Shown piece after piece: positions 53,770 through 64,000 of a DNA stretch of 64,000 bases. Positions within the stretch are counted from its first letter, which is position 1. Every line of letters starts with the position of its first letter. Both the position numbers and the translations under genes were made by a program. The notes beneath the pieces are model-generated. The model was not told where the DNA came from. It ran no database searches and saw only the letters and a list, made by a program, of their open reading frames with translations. The stretch covers positions 45,744,322 through 45,808,321 of the forward strand of contig NC_057718.1 in NCBI RefSeq assembly GCF_004010195.1, read 5' to 3'. The stretch is from Chiloscyllium plagiosum (Eukaryota).

Positions 53770-54659
53770 CTTCTGGCTCAGAGGTAGCAACACTGCTATT
53801 GCATGACAACAGCCTGCCAACTTCACTTTTGTAGTTACACGGTAATTGTGTTTTTTTCCAGCTATAACTATATTTCTATTTCACTTATTTATTGAATGTC
53901 TAAAAGTCATTAAATTATCCACACTTTTTTTCTGTGTTCAATTTTGGGCAATACATCTCAGAAATAATACATTGATTCTTGAGAGAGTGAAGCACCAACT
54001 CACCAAATATTACCAGGATTTCAAATTCTAAATTATGAAGAACATGTCACATCAATTTGAAATCTGAGCATAAGATGAAGTGAGACACTCCTACACAGTA
54101 TTGCAGAATTCTGTAAAATTGGAGATATTAAATCAAGGCACTCTATAATGGACACAAAAAATCCTTATTCCTGTATGTTCCAAATATTTCTCCCAAATCA
54201 ATGCAATAAAAATGGATTATCTGATCACGAACATAATACTGTTTGTGGGAACTTGCTATACTCAAATTGCCTTTCATATTTCCAAAATTATATCTGTGCC
54301 TATACTTCAAAAGTACTTTATTGTCTGAAAAGCACTTTGAGGTACCTATTATCAATTATAGGCCTTATAAAGACTTACAGACATATCCAGCACAGAGGAG
54401 GCCATTTAGCCCATGTCCATGCTGTCTCCAAGATCTGACTACCCTAATACAATTGCCCAACTCAAGTGAATAGTGCAATACTGCTTAAATGTAACAAGAG
54501 TTTCAAACCCAATCAACTGCTTTCCAGCAGTGAGTTCTGAACTATATTCTTGTTCACCCACTTTAAAAATGCATCAAAGATTATATTGCATGTTAATGGA
54601 TTGAAACTTGTACAATTAGTTGCACTGTCTCACTGGTTTCACATTGTTTTTTTCACCTG

Positions 54660-57600
54660 GACGAGTTGGACCAAAGAATTGGTTTCCGTATTGTATATCT
54701 CTACGACTCAATGACTCTCCCAAAAGGGGAAGTGGTCTCTGCACATCTATTCTGTTATATCCTCTAAGAATCTTGCATGTTTCAATAAGGTCCCCTTTCC
54801 TTCTTCCATAACCCAATGAGTACAGGTCAAACTTAATCAACCTCACCTCATAAGACAGTCTGTCCATAACTGATATCAGTTAAATGAACTTTCTCTGGAC
54901 TGCCTCCCATGCAGTATATCTTACCTTAGATAAGGAATATGAAACTGTTCACAATATTCCAACAAAGGTCTGACTAGTACCTTGTACAGTTTAGCAAAAC
55001 ATCCCTACTTTTATATTCCATTCCCTTTGAAATAAATTGCAACATCCTATTTGCTTTCCCTATTAACTGCTGAACTTGGATGTTAGCTTTTTGAGATTCA
55101 TGGATGAGGATCCCCAAATCCCTATTCTGTAGCTTTCTGCAGGCTTTCACTATTTAAATAATATTCAGTACCTCTATTCTTTTGGCCAAACTGCATAGCC
55201 TCACATTATATTTTGTCTGCCAATTCTTTGCCTACTCACTTAATCTGTCCACACCCCTCTGCAGACCCTTTGTGTCATCCTCACTGTTTGCTTTCTCACT
55301 ATTTTTTGTGTCATCCATAAACCTGGCTATAGTGCATTCCTATATCCACACTATGTCCATCACCCTAAGCTATTACATTATTAAGTAGCCTAATGTGTGG
55401 TACCTTATGCCTTCTGAAAATCCAAATATATTACCTTCTTGTTCCTCCTTAAAAACTTCTAGTAAATTTGCAAGACATGATTTTGCCTTCATAAAGTTAT
55501 GACTCTGCTTGATCATATTATGCGTTTCTAAATGCTTTGTTACTGCATCCTTTATAATAGACTCTAACATTATCCCAATAATTGATATTAAGCTAAATGT
55601 CTAAAGATACCTGGTTTCTGTTCCCTTTACTATTTAAATAAAGGTGTTACATTGACAGTTTTCTAATCCTCTGAGGCTTTTCCAGAATCTAAAGGACCCT
55701 GGAAGTTTACTACTAGTGCACCTATTGTCTACTTCTTTTACTATCCTTGGGTGCATCCAATTAGGTCCAGGGGATATACTGGCCTTTAGCCCCATAAGTT
55801 TCACTTGTGGTTTTAGAGTCAAAAAGATGTACAACACAGGAACAAACCCTTCGGTCGAAATCGTCTATGCCGACCAGATATCCTAAACTCATCTCCAGTG
55901 ATAGTTCGTTGTATATTTTCTCTTCTCCTTTTGCCCGTTGAATATTTAGTAATTTTGGGTTGCTATTAGTGTCTTCTACAGTAAAGATTGATGCAAAGCA
56001 TTTATTCAACTCCTCTGGCATTTCCTGGTTACCCATAATTACTTCCTCAGCCTCATTCTTCAACAAGCCTATGCTTACTTTAGTTTCTCTCTTGCTTTTT
56101 ATCTATTTAAAGAAGCTCTATTACTTCTAAGTGTATCATCAAAGTTTATTTTCTTCCTTTATTTGCTCATTATTTTTATTGTCTGTGATGGGCCTAGATT
56201 CCTCTTTAGTTATTCTCCTGCTCTTCGTATATTTGGAAAAGAAAATTGTGTTTCCTTCATTGTATAATTCTTGCTTTGCTTTCCTAATATATTTTTTAAG
56301 ATCTCCTCATACTTTTTTATACTTCTTTGAGCACTGTACAATATTGAACCTTCTGTATCTGCCATTTTCCCCCTTAATCCTAATCTTTGTGTCCCTTGAC
56401 ATCCAGAGTCCTCCAGTCTTGGTCCCATCTGATATGTTTACAGGAACATAGCCTGACATCTGGCTATTTCCTCCTTGAATACCTCCCACTACTCTGACAC
56501 AGTTGTATCTGCAAATACGTGCTCCTGGTCCACTTATCTTAGTAGTTTTAGTCCTTCCCCTGTGTAGAACTTTTATTCTTGGCACAATGTTATCCATTTG
56601 ATAACTATCCCAAATCTAGCTGTGTTATGGCCAATATTTCCAAAATACCTCCCTATTGATACATCTTTACCTACATGAGTTTATTAGGTCCAAAGCTGCC
56701 TTATTGGCTTTCTACATACTGGTTAAAAAAGTTCTCCTGGATCAATTTAAGAATTTTCCTCCCTCCCTACATTGCACACTAAAACTAGCCCAGCTAATAT
56801 TTGGTTAGTAAAAATCCTCAACTACTAGTGCCTTATTATGCTGACATTTCTGAATAGTTGACTACATGTTTGATCCCTTGCCTCTTCCTGGCTCCTTGGG
56901 GGCTGATAGTGCACTCAACAATGCATTTGCCCCTTTTGTGTTTTTTACTTCAATCTATGTGGCCTCATTTGATGATCCATCCAAGATATTTTTCATCTTG
57001 ACTTCTCTCCCTTTTGAACTGTTTGTCAGGATGCTAACTTAAATTCACACCTATAGCATTAGCAAACCTCTCACAAGGACATTGTTTCCAATTATTGTTC
57101 AGGTGTAATCAGTCTAAATTGTGCAGGTCGCTTCTCCAGAAATGGTTTCAGTTCCTCAGAAATCTCAAGCCCTCTGTCCTGCACCATTATCTTCAATGCA
57201 TGCATGCTATACACTTGATTTCCTATACTCACTATTGCATGGTACTAGAGGTTAGTACTTTCAAATCCTGTGTTTCAATTTCCTACCTAACTCTCCAAAT
57301 TCAGCTCATAGATCATCATTTCTCTTTCTTCCTATGTCATTGGTCCTAACATAGACCACAACCTTTGGCTGTTGTCTCTTCCCTTTCAGGAAAGGTTTCT
57401 CTTCAACTCTCCTGTTAGTCTTCTATCTCTTATCTTAAATCTATGCTCCCTGATTAATTACCTCTCTACTAATGAAAACAAAAGCCTTCCTATCCAATCT
57501 ATGTACCACGTAATCTTATACACCTCTTTCTGTGGGTAGAGCAGTGGCAAATGGAATTTAGCCAAGAAAAATATGAGGTAATATATTTCAAGAGTGCACA

Positions 57601-58100
57601 AGACAAGGGATTACACTATCAGTGGGAAAACTTTGGAAAGTACTAAGGATCAGAGGGACCTTGGTGTGCTTATCCACAAAATGTAACATTTTGTGACATC
57701 CAGAGGCAAAATATCATCCTGGAAGTATCTGTCCACTTCCCTCAGTAATGATTTCCACTATTGCCCTTCTGTACTTCATCAATCTCCCCCTTATCAACTT
57801 GACTACTCACAGTAGTCTTGGCTCTGCCCAAACTCATAGAGGAGCCTTCACTCTTATTGTTTTCCAAGGCTAAGAAATGGTTTGTGAGTAATATGCACTG
57901 TCTGGTCCTCTTATTCTGTCTGGCAGTCACCCAATCCATCTCTGCCCACACTTCCTTAAGCTGTGGACTGGCCACATCCTGAAACTTACTGTGCACAAAA
58001 CTTTTAGCTGCATGAATGCACTATAGTGCCTCTAATTGCTCATGCTCAAAGACCCTAAGTTTGAACTGCTTTGGCTGGAGTCAACTCCTGCACACATTGT
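54660..58100 (-). mobile_element. Long decayed CR1-like LINE(s)
   Basis: DRLSYEVRL..YSL..RRKGDLIETCKILRG, LESIIKDAVTKHLE..KSCLANLLE, SPGPNWMHPRIVKE, EELNKCFASIFTVED. Confidence 0.85.
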
Positions 58101-58339
58101 CATCCAGACTAATTTTGTGCAGCAGTTCTGCTGCCAGTCTGTCTGCTTCTGGGACTCCTTCTCTCTTGCTGCTTCTTTTACCTTCTTTGCTGTCACTTCT
58201 GAATTTCATACCTAACCTGCTGATATTAATGCAAGTCTTTTTTGTATTATGACATCATTTTAAAGAAGTGCCAGATAACTTTGCTTGGTGCCCTGGGCAT
58301 TGTTTATTTCTCAACCAATACCACTGCAAGGGATGATTT

Positions 58340-59980
58340 GGTCATTATGTCACACAAGGTCAACATGATTATTTTAAAGAGAAATCATGTTTGACAAATG
58401 TATGAGAGTTTTTTTGAGTGAGTAACAAGCAATATTGATAAAGGTGAAGCTGTAGATATTGTGTGCATGTATTTACAAAAGTCATTTGAAAAAGTAGTAT
58501 TTCAAAAGGTTACTATAACACAAGATAATAGCTCATGGTGTGTGGGTGCCGGGAAATCAACTACTTATAATGTATATAAATGACTTGGATGAAAGGTTTC
58601 CAATCTATGTTAGCTAAATTTGCTGATGACATAAAGATAAGTAGAAAAGTAAGTTGTAAAGAATGAAAGAATCCATAAAGACTTACAAATATGGAATGTG
58701 AGTGGCTGATGGAGTAGAATGTGGGAAAGTGTGAACTTCTGCACTTTGGCAGGAAGAATAGAAATGCAATAAATTATTTAAATAGAGATAGACTGTAGAA
58801 CTGTGCAATGCAGAGGGATCTGGGTCTCCTGGTATTTGGATTGCATGAAATTAGTACGCAGGTACAGCAAGTGATTAGCTAGGGAGACAAACAATGTGCT
58901 GGTGTTTACTACAAGGGATATCAAGTATAAAAGTAAAGAATTGTAGAGACAGATGTACAGGTTTTTGGTGGACTATATATGGATTACTGTGTACCTTTTT
59001 GACCTCAATAAGAAAGGATTGCACAAATTGTATGAGAAGCTGTTCAGGGAATATTCATTCAAATGACTCCTGGAATGACAGGGTTATCTTCTGGGGAGTG
59101 GTTGAGATTTTAAGCCTATACTCATAAATAACGTGCTGTGGGGACTTGATAAAATTTGTGGTGGGTGGTTATTTCTCCCTGTGGGGGATTCTAGATCATG
59201 GAACACAATTCAAAAATTAGGGATTTCCCATTTTAGAAAGAATATAGAAATATAGAAAATAACAACAGGAACAGGCAATTTAGCCCTTTGAGCCTGGTCC
59301 ACCATTTAATATGATCATGGCTGATCAATCAAATCAATATCCTATTCCTACTTCCTCGCCATGCACTTAGATCTCTTTAGCCCTAAGAACTATATCTAAT
59401 TCCTTCATTAAAACATACAATGTTTTAGATTAGATTACTTACAGTGTGGAAACAGGCCCTTCGGCCCAACAAGTCCACACCGACCCTCCGAAGCGCAACT
59501 CACCCAGACCCATTCCCCTACATTTACCCCTTCACCTAACACTACGGGCAATTTAGCATGGCCAATTCACCTAACCTGCACACATTTTTGGACTGTGGGA
59601 TGAAACTAGAGCACCCGGAGGAAACCCACGTAGACGCGGGGAGAATGTGCAAATTCCACACAGCCTGAGGCGGGAATTGAACCCGGACCTTTGGTGCTGT
59701 GAGGCAGCAATGCTAACCACTGTGCCACCGTGCCGCCCAAACCACTTTCTGTGGCAGCAAATTCCACAGGCTCACCACTCTTGGGTGAAGAAGTTTCTCT
59801 TCATTTCAGTCCTAAATGACATAACCCATAGACTTAAACTAGATGGCGATAGGAAGAAATTTTCACTCTCAGAGGTTTGTTAGTCTGTGAAATACTCTTA
59901 ATCAGATATCAGTGAAAGCTGGATGATTGAATCTATTCAATACTGAGTTTTTTGATCAACAATCAAGTCAAGGGTAATGG
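58340..59980 (+). mobile_element. Decayed CR1-like RT fragment with nested insertions
   Basis: GTCAACATGATT..AAATCATGTTTGACAAAT, AAATTTGCTGATGAC (KFADD), CAGAGGGATCTGGG. Confidence 0.75.
59426..59737 (-). mobile_element. HE1-like tRNA-derived SINE, near full length
   Basis: Reverse complement of the 29617 family: GGCGGCACGGTGGCACAGTGGTTAGCATTGCTGCCTCACAGC head and (TAATC)n tail. Confidence 0.9.
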
Positions 59981-60219
59981 GGTGCAGGCAGGAAAATACA
60001 GTTGAGGCCACAATCAAGTCAGCCATCAAGTTGCGAAATGATGGAAGAAATTCTGGGGGCTGAATTCCCCATTCCTTTTCCTAGTACGTGTGTTCTTGTT
60101 CTGTTGTGAGATCTTGATTTACACAAATTTTGGGCATGTCTTTTACTAGAGAACATATGTTTCTTGTCTGTAAAGTGCTTGGGATATCCAAGTGCTTGTT
60201 GTGAAAAATACTACTTAAA

Positions 60220-61050
60220 TGCATAATGTTTTTGTATTACCTTGAGTATAGGAGTCTGAGGGAAGTTCTGTTCAAGGTGTTTAAAATTATAAAGTAATTG
60301 AATAAATATAATATTTCCTTTAATGGGATATCAAGAACAAAGGGGTATTCAACTAAAATTAGCGTTATGCTATTCAACAGTGAGATCAGAAAGCACTCTT
60401 TCACACAATGGATGGTAGGACTCTTGATACTCTGCACTAAAGGTTGCAAATATTGTGATAACTGCCCCTTTTGGGATTAAGATTAAGAGGTCTTTGTTTG
60501 GGATCAAAGGATTGGGAGCCCAAGTAGGAATAATAGAGTTGTAATAGATCAGCAATTATCTAATCATCTAATTTACTCCTGTTCCTATGTTCTTTTTTGC
60601 ACTTGCTGCATTCCCATTTTAGTCGTGCTCGTGATGTTTTAGGGATTACTAACTCATCATGGTTAGGGAAGATGTGAAGGAGATATTTAAAATCACCAGG
60701 GATTTAGTCAGAGTAAATAAAGATAATTTTTTTCCAATGGTTGAAGGGCTGATAGTGAGAGCTCATAGGTTTAAGTTGGTGAGCAAAAAAGGACTAGAGA
60801 TGGCATGAAGAAAAACCTTCTTATGTGATAAGTGTTAGGTTAGGATTTGGAATACTAAATCTGATAGGTTGGTGTATATAGATTCAAAATTAGATTTTGA
60901 GAATTAGACAATTATTTGAAGGACAATTTCAATGCAAGATAAGGGAAAAGAACTATGGCCTAATATTAGTTAAATTGCTCTTTCAAAGAGTTATTTCAAA
61001 CTCAAAGGACTGAATATCTTCCTTCTTTATTGTGCTGTTCTGTGATCAAG
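60220..61050 (+). mobile_element. Two old CR1-like 3' fragments
   Basis: Decayed RG(D/H)-type C-terminal motifs and 3' termini. Boundaries approximate. Confidence 0.5.
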
Positions 61051-61202
61051 CTTACTCTAAGTCCTATTTGCTTTGTGCTGCCTCACAGGAACTCCATAAC
61101 TTCTGCCCATTGATCGCTCTTCACAGTATCTAGCCATGCATGGGTGTAGCTCTTCATCCAGAGATCAATATTTAAGTGTTTAAAGATTACAGACAATCCT
61201 TC

Positions 61203-61427
61203 AAAAAACAGCAAAATATTTCGGATTCTGAAAATCTGCTGGAAAAATTCACAAGATCAGGCAACATCTGAAGAGAAAGAAACAGATAAATGAAGAAGAG
61301 TTAATTTTTTTTGCTATGATTCTTCAGTTCTGGTGAAGGGTCATACCTGACTTGAAACATTAACTCTATTTCTCTATCAACGGATGCTGTCAGACCTCCT
61401 GAATTTCTCCAACATTTTCTGTGTTTG
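61203..61427. mobile_element. Old short fold-back element (family D) with a degenerate hammerhead motif
   Basis: Perfect 16-bp TSD TTACAGACAATCCTTC at 61187-61202 and 61428-61443; AGTT-CTGGTGA-A-GGGTCA-TACC-TGACTT-GAAA-CA-TT-AACT. Confidence 0.8.
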
Positions 61428-62938
61428 TTACAGACAATCCTTCTTTTAAAATAAACTAGTTGGTCTAAAATGTATTAATATCATACAATAGACCATCTGA
61501 TTATGTTGTAAAGCAGATTTGTAAGGCACTGATTTACATGCCATATGGTCTCAAACCAATGTAACGCCTGAGATCTTCCCTCTAGAGATTCTCACAGCAC
61601 ATCTCTCTGTGGTTAGGTCAAACCTTGACTTTGCATGTTTAAGATCTGGCAAATGTGACTGTGATCACAGGCAACAGGAACAAGAACAGTATATTCCCCC
61701 CTTTAGGCCTGCTTCACTCGTCAATTAAATTATGGCCGATCACTTTCTTAACTCCATTTTTCTGGCTTGGTTCTGCAATCCTAGTGTATCTGGTATAACA
61801 TTTCCTCAGTTTTGAAATTTTTAATTGACCTAACTTGACAGCATTTTGATTGAGAGAGTTCCAGATTTTCAATACCCTTTGCATGAAAAAGTACTTTCCA
61901 ATATAACCTTCAGTGGTCTAGATCTGATTATATCATCTTCTTAGAGCTTCTGTCTATAACTGTAGCTCAAGTGGTGATACTCTCATTTCTAGATTCTGGG
62001 TTTGAGGCCCACTTCATTATCTAAACTCAAAAATCAAGGCTGATGTTAAGTTGCTGTGCTGTCTTTCAGATGAAGTGTTTAACCAAGAGACGATGTAAAA
62101 GATCTCTTGGTCCTCTTTTGAAGAAGATTAGTCAAGTTTTCCATAGTGTCCTAGCCAATGTTAATTCCTCAATCGATATCACAAAATTATCTGGTCATTA
62201 TCACATTGCTTTTCATGGGACTTTGCAGTGTATATGTTCATTGTGAAAAATGGAACATAAAACAATTTTTTGACTTTTTTTTCCTTTTCAATCAAATTCC
62301 TCAATCATCTTAAATGCCTTGATGACATAATAAACTTTATGTCTATATGAAGGATCCATAAAGCAAATACATATATTTGCGAAAATGTTCATATTTTAAC
62401 TAGCTTCAGTGTAGGATTAAAGTCCTGTTAGATAATACTTAATCATTTTGTCGTTACATAGCATTTGCTGATTGTACATTACTAACACACATGAGTTTGA
62501 ATAGAATTGTTTTTAAGGAATGTATTCACTGAGTGGAATCCTAGCTAAACTTTTTGAATACCATTACATTTCTGAAAAACCTTTTTAAAAAATGGGTTTA
62601 TGTAGCATTTTTCATGATGATCAGACATCTTGAAATACTTTACAGCAATCAAATACATTTGAAGTGTAGTCATTACTATAATGTAGAAAATATGGAAACC
62701 AATTTGCACACTAAAAACTCCTACAAACAGCAATGTGATAATGACCAGATAATCTGTTACCTGTGATTTTGATTGAGCAATTAACATTGCCTGAAATCTA
62801 CAGAAAACTTGAGTAATCTTCTTCAAAAGAGGGCCAAGCGACTTATTTTGCAACATAGGGTCTTGGTTAAACGCTTCATCTGAAAGACAGCACAACACAT
62901 CCTCAGTTCTTCATATAAGAATCAGCCTTGAACTTTGT

Positions 62939-63458
62939 GTACAAAGTTAAAAATCACACAACACCAGGTTATAGTCCAATAGGCTTATTTGGAAGCACTA
63001 GCTTTTTGAGTGCTGCTCCTTCGTTGGGTGGTTGTGGAGTATAAGAACGTAAGACACAGAATTTATAGCACAAGTTGACAGTGTGACATAATTGAAATTA
63101 TACATTGAAAAAGACCTGGATTGTTTGTGAAGTTTCTCATCTTTTAGAATGGGCATGTTGGTTTCAGTTCTTTCATATGCAAATCCCAGAATTTTCTTAA
63201 AGTAACATTCTCAAGTGAACTTTAACATTTAAGAATGTAACAAACAATATAGGCTTTTTTCAATACAAAATTTCAGTTACATCACACTGTAAACTTTTGC
63301 TATAAATTCTATGTCTTACGTTCTTATACTCCACAACCACCCGATGAAGGAGCAGTGCTGCGAAAGCTAATGCTTCCAAATAAACCTGTTGGACTATAAT
63401 CTGGTGTTGTGTGATTTCTAAATTTCTCCACCCCAGTCCAACACTGGCACCTCCAAAT
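62939..63458. mobile_element. ~520-bp family-B fold-back element
   Basis: 62945-63110 is inverted at 63255-63425. Imperfect TSD CTTGAACTTTGT (62927) / CTTGATTTTTGT (63459). Confidence 0.88.
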
Positions 63459-64000
63459 CTTGATTTTTGTACTTATACTCTGTGCCTCAATAATTAGATT
63501 TTAAAAAGAATTGCTTTCAATCAATCCAATGTAAATGTAAATAAGTGTTGAATCACACAAGTAATGAAATGATTTGACTTGAAGGATGCAATCACTTGAT
63601 TTTCTTTTAGCCATTATTGCAGTTGATTGGAATACCTAATGAAATATAGTTGGCATTAGCACAGTTGCTTTATTAATCCACCTTGAAATAATGGGCAAGG
63701 CTGCTCAATATCTTAATTATGTAAACTTAAGTAATTATATACTACTCTTGCTTGGAAGGTGCAAGCTCAGTTCTTAATGTTGTACAACACCATCAAAATT
63801 TTTATCGGCAGAGAAGAATGTGGCCTTTCGAAATTGAATGTGATCGAGAGGGTAATAGAAATAAAATGCTCAAGTGGATTCTTCTTTTCATCCAAGTCGA
63901 GTAGTATATTTTGAGTTGGTAGATTGCGAAAGACTAACTTTGAGGGTTTCGATGTCAAATCTTGGTTATTGTGGCAGAGTACCAAGTGTTGTGGAGCAGA

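Overview
Vertebrate genomic DNA, most likely a shark or other elasmobranch (inferred from HE1-like SINEs, CR1/HER1-like LINEs and the protein sequence). The window holds most of the PROX1 (prospero homeobox 1) gene on the minus strand: a CpG-island promoter and probable non-coding exon 1 (~45.8-46.3 kb), and coding exons at 39089-40801, 26952-27059 and 16839-17033. The last coding exon was not found and probably lies left of position 1. Intron 2 is a 12-kb minor-spliceosome (U12) AT-AC intron with a second in-frame U12-like donor 57 nt inside it. The 5'UTR carries a 3-codon uORF in strong Kozak context. The rest is retroelements and putative enhancers. The most striking unannotated structure is a set of about 15 minimal hammerhead-ribozyme motifs (CTGANGA-stem II-GAAA-4-nt palindrome-NUH, with covarying stems) in at least four Penelope-derived families. 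These sit in short solo inserts and long fold-back elements, most flanked by 12-16 bp target-site duplications. Assembly gap at 9320-9646. No database searches were run; family names rest on motif recognition.
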